The notes: generated by a model from the sequence alone, not told the origin. 62,856 nt of DNA from Eubacterium sp. (GCA_017459675.1 JAFUCM010000006.1:1-62856), one strand, 5' to 3'; shown: positions 19,128 to 28,938, counted from the first letter of the stretch. Numbers and translations are program-made.

Positions 19128-19742
19128 TCATTCCTGTTCATCAGAAGCCAATCCGGTCTCCATGAATTCCACATGGAGAGAGCCGTCCAGAAAGATTGCT
19201 TTGAGCAGCATTTGATATTCTTTGTAGGCATAGGAATCCTCCAGGCTGCTGCACAGCTCCAGAATCTGATTGTAGTACCAGTGCTGCTCGGATTTATCCG
19301 GGTTATTGAACATTTCCCACATCTTGTCGCCGATTTGCAGGCGGCTGCGGTAAAAAGAGCGCAGATTGGAGAGCTTGTCAGACAGCCAGAGGATCTGCAC
19401 ATCCCTGTCGCCGCTGTTTTTGAGTTCGGCAAGGGATTCTTCCTTGCGGACACGCCAGGTTTCTGATGCAGGACGTTCGCGGCGTTTGTCTTCTGTTTCC
19501 ATTGCCACAAGATACGCGATCCGTTCTCCGAAATGATCGAGGATATCCCCGGCGGTACGGCTGGTATCTTCAACGACATCGTGGAGAACAGCGGCAGCCA
19601 GAACATCCTGGTCATCTGTCATGGTGCTTGCGATCTGCGCCACCTCCATCGGGTGAAGAATAAACGGAATCGGCTTTGTCTTGCGTATTTGTCCTTCGTG
19701 TGCCTGCAGGGCAAACTGGACGGCCTGTTCAAATGTATTCAT
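19128..19742 (-). CDS. HD-domain protein, small alarmone hydrolase (Mesh1/SpoT-HD)-like
   Basis: AHEGQ.RK..PFILHP.EVA, AAVLHDVVEDT, DKLSNLR. Confidence 0.8.
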   Translation of the reverse strand: MNTFEQAVQFALQAHEGQIRKTKPIPFILHPMEVAQIASTMTDDQDVLAAAVLHDVVEDTSRTAGDILDHFGERIAYLVAMETEDKRRERPASETWRVRKEESLAELKNSGDRDVQILWLSDKLSNLRSFYRSRLQIGDKMWEMFNNPDKSEQHWYYNQILELCSSLEDSYAYKEYQMLLKAIFLDGSLHVEFMETGLASDEQE

Positions 19743-19772
19743 AAATACCTCTTTAAATAATATTTTCTGGTT

Positions 19773-21557
19773 TTATATCTTTATAATCAGGTTGTTGAGC
19801 TGCATGGTGTTGACATACTGGATGTCGCTGGCCATACCGTAAATCATGCGGATGCCGATGTGTTTTGCAGGATCCTGCGGATCGAAGGCTGTTCCGGCGC
19901 GTTTTCCGGGGTCAAATGCAATGCAGTCATCCCGCAGCCGGATAACCCATGCGTCCGGCTTTTTTATGACGCGCAGCTCCAGCGCATGTTTTTTGGTATC
20001 ACCGGAAAACCCGTGCTGAATGATGTTATTTGCCATCTCTTCCACACAGAGCGGGATCAGCAGGGCTTCCTTTTTGGAGGCACCTCTCGCACGGCAGAAA
20101 TCAGCCAGTGCTGCACAGACCGCAGATACCTCGGCAGTGGTTTTCGGAGCCGCTTCCATGATATCTTCATCCGGTGCGCCGAATACGTCCGGCAGAAAGA
20201 GCAGGCCGGCTGAAGATTTATGAAGTGCTTTGCGCTCACGCCGCGCGGCGATCCAGACCGTAAGGAAAACAAGCGCTTCGCTGACGGGATAGGCGAGCCA
20301 GACCCCGTCTGTCTCAAGGGCGGGCGTCAGAAGCAGTGACAGAACAATTACATACAGGAAGTTGTCAATAAAACTCACAATATTTGCCAGTTTCAGACGG
20401 CTGATCCCCTGCAGATAATTGACAAACACCTGGTTGATCCCGTAAAGCGGCAGGCCGAAGGCGTAAAACCGCATGGCACGAACCGCATACACAGTCATAA
20501 TTTCGGCGTCTTCTTTGCCGCTGGAAAACAGGGCGACAAGCGGTGACGCAAAGAGGAAGATGGCAGCTGCCTGAATTCCGCCGATGATCAGCGCATAGCG
20601 TATGGAAACGGACAGCAGATGCTCTGCAGAATGTTTGTCTTCTTCCCCGTAAACGATCCCGGAGATCATGGCGGTTGTCATGCCAACCCCCATCATGATG
20701 GAACCAAAAAGCGTGTTCAGCGTGTTTCGTACAGACAGCGCTGCGACTGCGGTGCTTGCTGCGACGGCCACCATGATATTATTCAGAATGAGATTGCGCA
20801 GCATGGTAGAGACGCTGCCGACCGCCGTAGCGGCACCGGTCTGCAGGATGCCGCCCAGATCCGCCGGATGGACATCCTTCATGGAAAAACGGAAAATGAT
20901 ATCCTTTTTCCGGAAATGCATCAGCATAATTGCGATTGCGATGTAATAACTGATCGCCGTGGAAATACCCATGCCGAGCATGCCGCCGTGAATGATCAGT
21001 GCATTGACCAGATCGCCGGCAATATCGAAAACCGTCATAGCGGCGACTGCCCAGATGACCCGGTTGGGATCGCCGTCCAGGCGCATCAGAGAATTAAAGA
21101 TAAACAGCAGCAGAACCGGAAGGATGCCGGGGGCGATGCCGTAGAGATAATCCTTACAGAGCGGCATCAGCGGGGCTGCCGTTCCGCGTGCGCCCATGAC
21201 GAAGGTAATCGGTTCGCAGAACAGATACAATACGACAATGATTCCGACCGCAATCAGGAACGTCGCATACATACAGACAGAAAAAACCTCGCGGGCGCGG
21301 CCGACCCTGCCGGCGCCCAGATGCTTCGCGCAGAAGACCTGTGAGCCGGTGGCAAATACACCGCTGATTGCAGTCATGATACTGAACAGCGGCGTGACAA
21401 TCCCGTAGGCCGCCATGCTGTCTGTTCCGAGAAATTTGCTGATAATAATACCGTCAATCAGCATGCCGAACATGGCTGCAACAGCTGCTATGATGATGCT
21501 GATGACAGAATCTCTGTATAACGTGCGGATGACCTGTCCGTCTCTTGATTTCTCCAT
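19773..21557 (-). CDS. MATE family transporter with C-terminal anti-sigma-type HATPase domain
   Basis: IDGIIISKFLG, MRLDGD, about 12 TM segments, GVWLAYP.SE; C-terminal LCVEEMANNIIQHG, LRDDC.AFDP, HIGIRM. Confidence 0.82.
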   Translation of the reverse strand: MEKSRDGQVIRTLYRDSVISIIIAAVAAMFGMLIDGIIISKFLGTDSMAAYGIVTPLFSIMTAISGVFATGSQVFCAKHLGAGRVGRAREVFSVCMYATFLIAVGIIVVLYLFCEPITFVMGARGTAAPLMPLCKDYLYGIAPGILPVLLLFIFNSLMRLDGDPNRVIWAVAAMTVFDIAGDLVNALIIHGGMLGMGISTAISYYIAIAIMLMHFRKKDIIFRFSMKDVHPADLGGILQTGAATAVGSVSTMLRNLILNNIMVAVAASTAVAALSVRNTLNTLFGSIMMGVGMTTAMISGIVYGEEDKHSAEHLLSVSIRYALIIGGIQAAAIFLFASPLVALFSSGKEDAEIMTVYAVRAMRFYAFGLPLYGINQVFVNYLQGISRLKLANIVSFIDNFLYVIVLSLLLTPALETDGVWLAYPVSEALVFLTVWIAARRERKALHKSSAGLLFLPDVFGAPDEDIMEAAPKTTAEVSAVCAALADFCRARGASKKEALLIPLCVEEMANNIIQHGFSGDTKKHALELRVIKKPDAWVIRLRDDCIAFDPGKRAGTAFDPQDPAKHIGIRMIYGMASDIQYVNTMQLNNLIIKI

Positions 21558-21627
21558 AGGCTTTGATTCTTATTATGCGAAATCATTCTGTTGATAATCA
21601 GAATATCATATTTCGGGAAACGAGTAA

Positions 21628-21661
21628 ACTGCCCCGCGGCCTGATGCGGCTGCGGGGCAGT
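21628..21661. terminator. GC-rich intergenic hairpin (putative terminator)
   Basis: ACTGCCCCGCGGCC/GGCTGCGGGGCAGT. Confidence 0.5.
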
Positions 21662-21770
21662 GAAGATCGCTTTATGATTTCGCTCGCGTGCGGATCGGAA
21701 ACAAGTATGTTTATGTCTCTGTGAAAGATGCCGGCAGAGCCGGTCCGGGTTCCGCTTCGGCCGGTGCTAT

Positions 21771-22418
21771 TTATGCGCGGAACGTTCCGGATACGGTCGT
21801 CCACTTTCCGGAACCTTTTTTGCTGACGCCGGTAATGGTGTAATGATAGACTTTACCGGCTTTCAGTTTCTTTACCTTTATTTCAATTCCATCGCTGTCT
21901 TTGTCTTCAATCGCGCGGACATAGTCCTTGCTGCCGCGGGTGATGGTAACTTTCGGGTTGTTCCATTCCACCCGGCAGTCAAATTCGATCTCGACCTCTT
22001 TGTCTTTCGCGTCGTAATCGACTTCCTTCAGCGGGAGACCGCCGTCAGCTTTCGGGATTTTGATCTTGCCGGTGAGTTTCTTCGTTGTGGATGCACCGCG
22101 GGAATATACACCCTTGATGGTGTAGGTGTACTTTGTGCCTGCTTTGTAATTCTTGATTTTAAATTCAAGGTCGTCGTCATCCTTCTCGACGATTTTGACC
22201 TTCATTTTTTTGCCGGATGCATTTTTGACTGTGACTTTCAGGTCTTTGTAGGTGACTTTTGTGTCGAAATTGACCTCGATTTTCCCCTTGCCTTCATAGT
22301 CGGTGTGGTCGATGGCCGCGGCCTTCGCAGGAGATGCCGTCAGGCCGGTCAAGATGAGGAATGCAAAAAGCGCAGCCAGAAGCAGCCGCATGCCGGAGGT
22401 TTTCTGAAACAGTTTCAT
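21771..22418 (-). CDS. Secreted Lys-rich protein with two tandem ~90-aa beta-rich repeats
   Basis: Signal peptide ending AKA-A; repeats DY....IEV.FD..V..K..KVT...KD.D.(L/I)E.K.K..KAG..Y.YTI.GV. Confidence 0.7.
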   Translation of the reverse strand: MKLFQKTSGMRLLLAALFAFLILTGLTASPAKAAAIDHTDYEGKGKIEVNFDTKVTYKDLKVTVKNASGKKMKVKIVEKDDDDLEFKIKNYKAGTKYTYTIKGVYSRGASTTKKLTGKIKIPKADGGLPLKEVDYDAKDKEVEIEFDCRVEWNNPKVTITRGSKDYVRAIEDKDSDGIEIKVKKLKAGKVYHYTITGVSKKGSGKWTTVSGTFRA

Positions 22419-22555
22419 GGTAATCCCTTCCTTTCTTTTCAATAAGCGTACGTTGTTTTCTGCCGTCTGTAAAACAGGATGTTTTTTCCTTTCTATAATA
22501 GTAATGCAGTTGGCAGGTGTTTTATTGCAAAAGATTTGCTATTTTTTAAGGAGGG

Positions 22556-22585
22556 TTGACATAGGACTCTAAAAGAGAATATAAT
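22556..22585 (+). promoter_or_regulatory. sigmaA-type promoter for Uma2 paralog 4
   Basis: TTGACA-N18-TATAAT. Confidence 0.6.
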
Positions 22586-22715
22586 AAGCATCGGATGAAT
22601 ATTATGGTAAGCAAATGGGCTCTGGTGCATCCATTGCGTCAGATTTGTTTTTGACCCCGCCGCCTGCAGAGAAGGGGGACTCCTCACTGAGTTGAATGCC
22701 CCGGAAAGGAGTATG

Positions 22716-23363
22716 ATGCAGATGAAAGAACAATCAAAATGGAAACAATACCCGCTTTCGGCTGCCGTGCGTGAATCGCTGGCAGCATATGGATCAAAGG
22801 AGCAGGGGATGTTTACCCTGGACGATTACGACAGGATTCCGGATCAATACCGTGTGGAACTGATTGACGGTGTTTTCTATGACCTGGCAGCGCCGCTGAA
22901 TATTCATCAGGCGATCCTGCAGCTGCTGAGTACCGCATTTGGAAGGCTGGTCGAAGATCATCAGGGAAGCTGTTTTGTCTATCCGGCACCGTTTGATGTA
23001 CAGCTGGACTGTGATGACCGGACGATGGTACAGCCGGATCTTTCCATTATCTGCGACCGCAACAGACTGGTGCGGCGCGGCTGTTACGGGGCTCCGGATC
23101 TGATTGTAGAAATTCTTTCGGAGTCGACTGCCGGGAAGGACAGACTCCTGAAGCTGAATAAATACAAACGGGCCGGTGTGCGGGAGTATTGGATTGTAGA
23201 TCCGGACAAACGAACGGTGCAGGTATTCCACGATCTTGTGAATTCGGATGTATCAAAGATTTATACCTTCGGAGAAAAAATACCGGTCGGTATCTGGAAC
23301 AATAAATGGTACATTGATTTCGCAAAGATCGGGGAGCGGATCGGAATTTTGTATGATCTGTAA
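22716..23363 (+). CDS. Uma2/DUF820 family endonuclease, paralog 4 (start uncertain: 22713, 22716 or 22722)
   Basis: VRESLAAY, VELIDG, VQPD, GAPDLIVEILS, GVREYWIVDP; AAGGAG RBS. Confidence 0.87.
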   Translation: MQMKEQSKWKQYPLSAAVRESLAAYGSKEQGMFTLDDYDRIPDQYRVELIDGVFYDLAAPLNIHQAILQLLSTAFGRLVEDHQGSCFVYPAPFDVQLDCDDRTMVQPDLSIICDRNRLVRRGCYGAPDLIVEILSESTAGKDRLLKLNKYKRAGVREYWIVDPDKRTVQVFHDLVNSDVSKIYTFGEKIPVGIWNNKWYIDFAKIGERIGILYDL

Positions 23364-23379
23364 CCGGAAAGAATAAAAA

Positions 23380-23435
23380 GCGGGGCTGCCGCAATAAGTA
23401 TCGTTGGTCATAAATACTTATCGTGACAGCCCCGT
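23380..23435. terminator. Long hairpin between convergent genes (bidirectional terminator)
   Basis: GCGGGGCTGCCGC.ATAAGTAT / ATACTTAT.GTGACAGCCCCGT. Confidence 0.65.
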
Positions 23436-23442
23436 GCTTATC

Positions 23443-23925
23443 TTACAGGTCCAGTCCGTCAGCCCAGATCTTCAGATCTTCTGCGGATGTCTCGCCGCCC
23501 ATGCGCTGGCCGTTGACAACCATTGCCTTGCCGCCAAGAAGGGCCTTGATGCGGTCGCCGACGAATCCGATGCCGTTGCCGCCGGATGTGCAGAACGGAA
23601 CGATTGCCTTGCCTGCAAAGTCATAGGACTCCAGGAAGGTGTCCACGATGCTGGGCTCTCTGCCCCACCAGATCGGGAAGCCGAGGAAGATGACTTCGTA
23701 CTGTTCCATATTTTCGACCTTGCTGATCACAGCCGGACGGCAGTTGAGGTCCTGCATCTCGACGGTGCTTCTGGACTGCTTGTTCTGCCAGTTCAGATCC
23801 TCAGCTGTGTAGGGCTTCTCCGGAACGATTTCAAAAAGATCAGCGCCTTCGGCTTCAGCAAGAGAAACAGCTACCTTTTTGGTTGTGCCGGTAGCGGAAA
23901 AATATGCGACCAGTGCTTTTTTCAT
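23443..23925 (-). CDS. Flavodoxin (Flavodoxin_4-like)
   Basis: [26 protein letters not shown]. Confidence 0.9.
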   Translation of the reverse strand: MKKALVAYFSATGTTKKVAVSLAEAEGADLFEIVPEKPYTAEDLNWQNKQSRSTVEMQDLNCRPAVISKVENMEQYEVIFLGFPIWWGREPSIVDTFLESYDFAGKAIVPFCTSGGNGIGFVGDRIKALLGGKAMVVNGQRMGGETSAEDLKIWADGLDL

Positions 23926-23957
23926 GATTGGGTACCTCCGTTTGTGCTTTTTTTTGA

Positions 23958-24144
23958 GGGGGACGTATCATTGTCACCCTGCTCAGATGGAATTCGCAGA
24001 GGAGACAATGATACGTCCCCCGCCGCAGGTGGATCCGCAAGGAGACAATCATGTGTCACCCTGCTCAGATAGAATTCGCAGTGAGACACATGATATGTCC
24101 TCTGCCGCAGTTTAATTTACAGAGGAGACAATGATACGTCCCCC
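23958..24144. repeat. Tandem cluster of family A palindromes
   Basis: Perfect 18-bp IR 23958-23975/24004-24021; second hairpin 24048-24094; extra right arm 24121-24144; shared loop CCTGCTCAGAT(G/A)GAATTCGCA. Confidence 0.8.
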
Positions 24145-24281
24145 GCCTGATACCATTTATAATAACACATGCGGTCATGAAACACTAGCCGAATCGGGGC
24201 GGATCGCAGAGGAAGACGCATAAGTGCATCGCGCAGCCCGCGCGCGATCAGAGATCGCGATTGAACTGCAGAGCAGGCAGA

Positions 24282-25898
24282 TCAGACGCCGCTGGCGCCG
24301 TAGTTGGAGAGTACCCGGGCGGAAGGATCATTGACGTTGCACCCTTTCCAGGATTTGTTCGGCATCCAGAAGTCTGTGACCATCTCGGACTGGTCCGGAT
24401 AATATTTTTCAAACAGCTCGCGATAGAGGAGGGATTCCTTCGTGAACGGAACCGCATGGAAGTATTTGCGGCAGCGCGCATGAAATTCCCGGTCGCTGTA
24501 GAGGGTCTCTGCATAAGCCTGCAGGTCGTCCCGCATAGAGTGCCCGACGGCGTCGGAGAAGGCCGCTTTTTCACGGAGCCGGATGCTCTCCGGGATAACG
24601 GGATCGTCAGCGAAGGCCTCCCGCAGCAGGTATTTTCCGATGCCGTAGCTGTTCAGCTTGCGCGCCGGGTCGATGTGCATGACGTAATCGACAAAGTCGA
24701 GATCGCCGAAAGGAACGCGTGCCTCCAGGCTGTGGACACTGATGCACCGGTCGGCGCGCAGCACGTCATACATATGGATTTCACGGATGCGTTTTTCTGC
24801 CTCTGTCTGGAAGGCGGCAGCATCCGGCGCGAAGTCCGTGTATTTGTAGCCGAAAAGTTCGTCTGAGATTTCACCGGTCAGCAGAACGCGGATATCGGTA
24901 TGTTCGTGGATGTATTTGCAGACCAGATACATGCCGATGGAGGCGCGGATTGTCGTAATGTCATAGGTGGCCAGTGCTTTCACGACCGGCTCCAGCGCGG
25001 CGAGGACATCCTCTGTCGTCATGATGACTTCGGTGTGGTCGCTGTGAATATAGTCGGCGACTTCCCGTGCGTATTTCAGGTCGATCGCATCCTTGTCCAT
25101 GCCGATTGCAAATGTGCGGAGCGGTTTGTCCGAATATTTTGCCGCTATGCCGCAGACCAGAGAGGAATCCAGACCGCCTGAGAGCAGATACCCGACAGGG
25201 GCGTCTGCGTCAAGCCGTTTTGTGACGCCCGAAACCAGCTTGTCGTGGATGTTTTTCAGGAGTACCGGCATGGGATCATGGGTATAGGGATCCGCAGGTG
25301 CGAATACAGATGTCTTTGCGGAGACATCGCTCATGTCCCGGTAGCAGATAAACTGTCCGTTTTTATAATAATGTCCGGGCGGGAACGGCATGATGCGGCC
25401 GCAGATTTCCGTCAGGTTTTTCGGCTCCGAGGCAAATACAATGGAGCCGCCCCGGGTGTAGCCGTAGTACAGCGGACGGATGCCGACCGGGTCGCGGGCA
25501 GCAAGCAGCGTATCAGAGCTGCCGTCGTACAGGATCAGGGCAAACTCTGCGTCCAGATGCCGGAGCATATCTGTCCCGTAACGTGCATACAGGGGCAGCA
25601 GGATCTCGCAGTCGCTGTCACTTTCAAAACGGTATCCTTCTTCTTCCAGCAGCGTCCGGATCGGACGGAATCCGTAGATTTCACCGTTGCAGACAACGGC
25701 ATTTTTGCCCTTTGTAAACGGCTGCATGCCGGAGGAAGTCAGTCCCATGATGGAAAGCCGGTTGAATCCGAGAAAGCCGCCGTTTTCTGTGCGGATGACA
25801 CGGGTATCATCCGGGCCGCGTGATGTCGTCTGTGCAAGCGCCTCTTTAAATTGCTGTTCGGTCAGGTCTGTGCCTGCGTACCCCATAATAGAACACAT
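24282..25898 (-). CDS. asnB: Asparagine synthetase B (glutamine-hydrolysing)
   Basis: N-terminal MCSI (Ntn Cys), RGPD, NGEIY, LSGGLDSS, SDELFGY, LEARVPF. Confidence 0.93.
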   Translation of the reverse strand: MCSIMGYAGTDLTEQQFKEALAQTTSRGPDDTRVIRTENGGFLGFNRLSIMGLTSSGMQPFTKGKNAVVCNGEIYGFRPIRTLLEEEGYRFESDSDCEILLPLYARYGTDMLRHLDAEFALILYDGSSDTLLAARDPVGIRPLYYGYTRGGSIVFASEPKNLTEICGRIMPFPPGHYYKNGQFICYRDMSDVSAKTSVFAPADPYTHDPMPVLLKNIHDKLVSGVTKRLDADAPVGYLLSGGLDSSLVCGIAAKYSDKPLRTFAIGMDKDAIDLKYAREVADYIHSDHTEVIMTTEDVLAALEPVVKALATYDITTIRASIGMYLVCKYIHEHTDIRVLLTGEISDELFGYKYTDFAPDAAAFQTEAEKRIREIHMYDVLRADRCISVHSLEARVPFGDLDFVDYVMHIDPARKLNSYGIGKYLLREAFADDPVIPESIRLREKAAFSDAVGHSMRDDLQAYAETLYSDREFHARCRKYFHAVPFTKESLLYRELFEKYYPDQSEMVTDFWMPNKSWKGCNVNDPSARVLSNYGASGV

Positions 25899-25982
25899 GG
25901 GAAACCTCCTGTTGATTTCTCTGCCGGAAACGGGCTGTCTCCGGCAGGCGGCGGATCAGAGAAAGCACTCTGATATTGAAAA

Positions 25983-28568
25983 CTATAACGTAACGACCAG
26001 CTGCTCATGCCGCAGATCGTTGTAAATCCGGCAGTCGCAGTCACTGACATCACAGATCCGGACGACATTTCCGAGCGATTCCAGCTCCGGGAAGAATTCG
26101 CTGAGCAGGTTGTCAAAGTGATAAAGTTTTTCCGGATGATAGTATTTTGTCTGTGCATTTTCGAAAACGGCCGTATACAGAATCTCCGCTTCGACAAGAT
26201 CCTGGAAAATATGACTGCCGTAGGATAATTCCGGATTATAGCCGGCCCCGGATTCCGCAACTTCACAGATCACTTCAAATTCGCTGATATCCGAAAATGC
26301 AGTCGGAACGCCGAGCTCCGGTGAAGAAGTCCCGATCCGGCCCGGGACGATCAGCATCATGTGTGTATTTGTGTTCCGGAATTTCCAGTTCACATTGCCG
26401 ATGGCCTTTGCGACGCGTGTCTTCTCCTGATAGGGCATCTGGTAGTAGTAAACGGGGTCAACATAGACGATCAGGTCCAGCCGGACGGCCCGGGAGAGTC
26501 CCATGGAGGCACCTTCCGAGGCGAGAAGAATCTGCTCCGGCGGAAGCTGCTCCGGGATCTGCACGTCTTTTGTATCCTGAAATACCTGCAGCGGCCGGCA
26601 CTGCAGCAGGTTGATCACGTAATCGCCCTGCTCTGAGAGATTCATCGTGAATTCAATATCGACCGGCTGCTCATATTCATTCTGGATCAGACGCATCATT
26701 TCCTGCATCTGCTGCATCAGCTGCCGGCGGCTGACCAGTCCCCGGCAGGAAATGAACTGAACGGAGTGGTATTCGCCGCGCTCGCGGAACTGCCGCTCGA
26801 TTTCATAATCATGCTCCAGAAGTGCATTCTGCAGCCAGCCGGGAAGCTTCGGTTCAATCTGCTTTAATGTAATCTGCTCCAGCGACCGGGTTTCCTTGTT
26901 CATTGCCTCCAGTTTCCGCTGTGAATACTGGTGTTTTTCGGCGATGGTTGTCGCGGTGGTCGCCTCCGGCCGGTCCAGATTGACCAGGCGCGGATAGGAG
27001 CCCTCGGTCCGGTCAACAGCAGACGTGCCCAGACCCATAACCAGGCGCAGCATGCCGGCAGCCGGATCCAGATCCTTCAGGAAGCGGTAAGGGCTGTAGG
27101 AATAGCCGACGCCGGCGGCGCAGGGCATGTAATACTGGTCATAGTGCGAGCCGGAAACGCGCTGCACCAGAAGTGCCATCTGTTCATCGCGGTCGCCCAG
27201 GCCGCGCCGCTTGCGGTAGTCGAGCGCCGAGAGACTCATCGTGCTTGCATAGACCTGCCGGACAGCGTTTTCAAATTCTGCCAGCCGCTCTTCGAGCGTG
27301 CCGGTATTTGCGCAGAAGACCGACTCATACTTTCCGGCAAATGCATTTCCGAAGCCATCTTCCAGAATGCTGCTGGACCGCACAATGATCGGATCCTGCC
27401 CGTAGTATTCCAGAAGATGCGTGAACTGTTTCTCCATGCTCCGGGAGAATTTGCCCGCGAGCAGAAAATCCGCGAAGGCAGAGGCGAGAGAAAAATATTC
27501 TTCCTCCGTGCGCTGCCGCACGCGCAGATCCCACCCGCCGTTCTCGACAATGTAGGAGTAGTAGACGTCCGATCCGATGAAATGTGAATCATGCGGTTCC
27601 ATGACACGGTACAGATCCGGCCGTCTGTTTTCGATGATTTTGCGCGCGAGCAGCATGCCGCAGGCTTTTCCGCCGATCATGCCGGTCCCGATCATATGGC
27701 TGCGCACGAAGAAGTAATCTTCCGGGCGGAAATGCGCTTTGATCATGCGCCGCATTTTTTCATCGCGGCTCATCATGATGTCGCACATGCGGGAACAGGC
27801 ATCCGTGACGTCCATTCCATTCTCGTGCATCTGCTTTGCAAAATTGAAAAAGCGGTCCCAGGCGTCTGTACTCTGTTCTTCGCCGGGGCGCTGGAAGCGG
27901 TTCATGACCTGATAGAAACGGCTCACCTGAACCCCGTCCAGAAGCGGACGGAACACACCGGACTGTCTGTCGTAGAGATGCGGCAGAAACATGGTTTCGG
28001 AGCTGCGGTTCCAGACCTTTTCCGGACGCACATAGGTGATCTGCGGATCCGTCTCCCGGTCGGAATATACGTCCAGAAACAGCTGTGTGGTGTCCAGAAT
28101 CTTCGAGATGGCGGAAAGTGAGTGCCGTCCCCGGATGATCGGGAAAAAGGCGACCGTGTCCAGCTGAAACAGGAACGGACAGGTGACGCGGAAGAAATTT
28201 CCCATCATCAGATCGGTCGCCCATGCTGTCTGCAGTTCGGACAGACAGTCAAAGACATAGAACACATCTTTGCCTTCTCTTGCAATCAGATTGTGAATCT
28301 CTACCGAAAAGTTTTCGAAGCGGTGGGACAGTTCGATCGGAACGGTCTCAATCTCCGGATGTCCTTCTGTCAGCGGCTCATGTGATGCAAACCTTACATA
28401 GATAATTCTTCGCCGGTCCCGGATGGCCTGCTCCAGATACGGATCCAGAAACAGATGAAATTCATCCAGACTGGAGACGCGCCATACGACATTATCTCCG
28501 AGGCGGATATTGTCAAGCGCCTGGTCCATTTCCGGAATGCCGGACAGAACGCGTTCAAATGCTGCCAT
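25983..28568 (-). CDS. PEP/pyruvate-binding (PPDK_N-like ATP-grasp) domain protein with a degenerate RecA/KaiC-like N-terminus
   Basis: IGGKA, IVRSSS.LED..G.AFAGKYES, MALLVQ, VMGLGT, VDIEF, LLQCRP; no PEP-utiliser His domain evident. Confidence 0.75.
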   Translation of the reverse strand: MAAFERVLSGIPEMDQALDNIRLGDNVVWRVSSLDEFHLFLDPYLEQAIRDRRRIIYVRFASHEPLTEGHPEIETVPIELSHRFENFSVEIHNLIAREGKDVFYVFDCLSELQTAWATDLMMGNFFRVTCPFLFQLDTVAFFPIIRGRHSLSAISKILDTTQLFLDVYSDRETDPQITYVRPEKVWNRSSETMFLPHLYDRQSGVFRPLLDGVQVSRFYQVMNRFQRPGEEQSTDAWDRFFNFAKQMHENGMDVTDACSRMCDIMMSRDEKMRRMIKAHFRPEDYFFVRSHMIGTGMIGGKACGMLLARKIIENRRPDLYRVMEPHDSHFIGSDVYYSYIVENGGWDLRVRQRTEEEYFSLASAFADFLLAGKFSRSMEKQFTHLLEYYGQDPIIVRSSSILEDGFGNAFAGKYESVFCANTGTLEERLAEFENAVRQVYASTMSLSALDYRKRRGLGDRDEQMALLVQRVSGSHYDQYYMPCAAGVGYSYSPYRFLKDLDPAAGMLRLVMGLGTSAVDRTEGSYPRLVNLDRPEATTATTIAEKHQYSQRKLEAMNKETRSLEQITLKQIEPKLPGWLQNALLEHDYEIERQFRERGEYHSVQFISCRGLVSRRQLMQQMQEMMRLIQNEYEQPVDIEFTMNLSEQGDYVINLLQCRPLQVFQDTKDVQIPEQLPPEQILLASEGASMGLSRAVRLDLIVYVDPVYYYQMPYQEKTRVAKAIGNVNWKFRNTNTHMMLIVPGRIGTSSPELGVPTAFSDISEFEVICEVAESGAGYNPELSYGSHIFQDLVEAEILYTAVFENAQTKYYHPEKLYHFDNLLSEFFPELESLGNVVRICDVSDCDCRIYNDLRHEQLVVTL

Positions 28569-28653
28569 GGTGGTTCCTCCTTCTTATTCTATTCAACGCA
28601 GATGGAGAGTCCCCCGCTGCGCCGGATGATCCGGTCCTGTCGGGATGTCTGTG

Positions 28654-28700
28654 AAACAAAGAAAAGGCGCCCTGGAATCCAATCCAAGACGCCTTTGCCT
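28654..28700 (-). promoter_or_regulatory. ANTAR-type hairpin plus overlapping terminator (leader of PEP-binding gene-asnB)
   Basis: Minus strand AGGC-AAAGGC-GTCT; terminator AAAGGCGTCTTGGA/TCCAGGGCGCCTTT then TCTTTGTTT. Confidence 0.75.
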
Positions 28701-28711
28701 TTTCTGAGCAT

Positions 28712-28740
28712 ATTCTAAGGCCCGCTGACTGTGGTGTCAA
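28712..28740 (-). promoter_or_regulatory. sigmaA-type promoter (leftward)
   Basis: Minus strand TTGACA-N17-TAGAAT. Confidence 0.7.
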
Positions 28741-28900
28741 GTGGGCGGCGTCAGACGAATTTTACAGACAACCATATCCAAAACTGATATCAGGAGAATT
28801 GTGATGTAAATAAGGCATTACATCTAAGATGGAAAAAGCGGCAAAGGAGAGTGTGAGCAGACATATCAAAATGAAATTACAGGATATTCAAAATAAAGGA

Positions 28901-28929
28901 TTGACATATTGAAACATGAGGATTATGCT
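28901..28929 (+). promoter_or_regulatory. sigmaA-type promoter of the GSIII-gltBD-purF operon
   Basis: TTGACA-N17-TATGCT. Confidence 0.7.
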
Positions 28930-28938
28930 TGGTTACAG

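Noticed and set aside
22590-22690. Possible riboswitch or attenuator in the Uma2-4 leader
   Set aside because: Only weak pairing and no recognisable aptamer consensus
23958-24144. CRISPR array
   Set aside because: Only 2-3 units, the would-be spacers are near-identical rather than unique, and no cas genes are present; better explained as tandem palindromes
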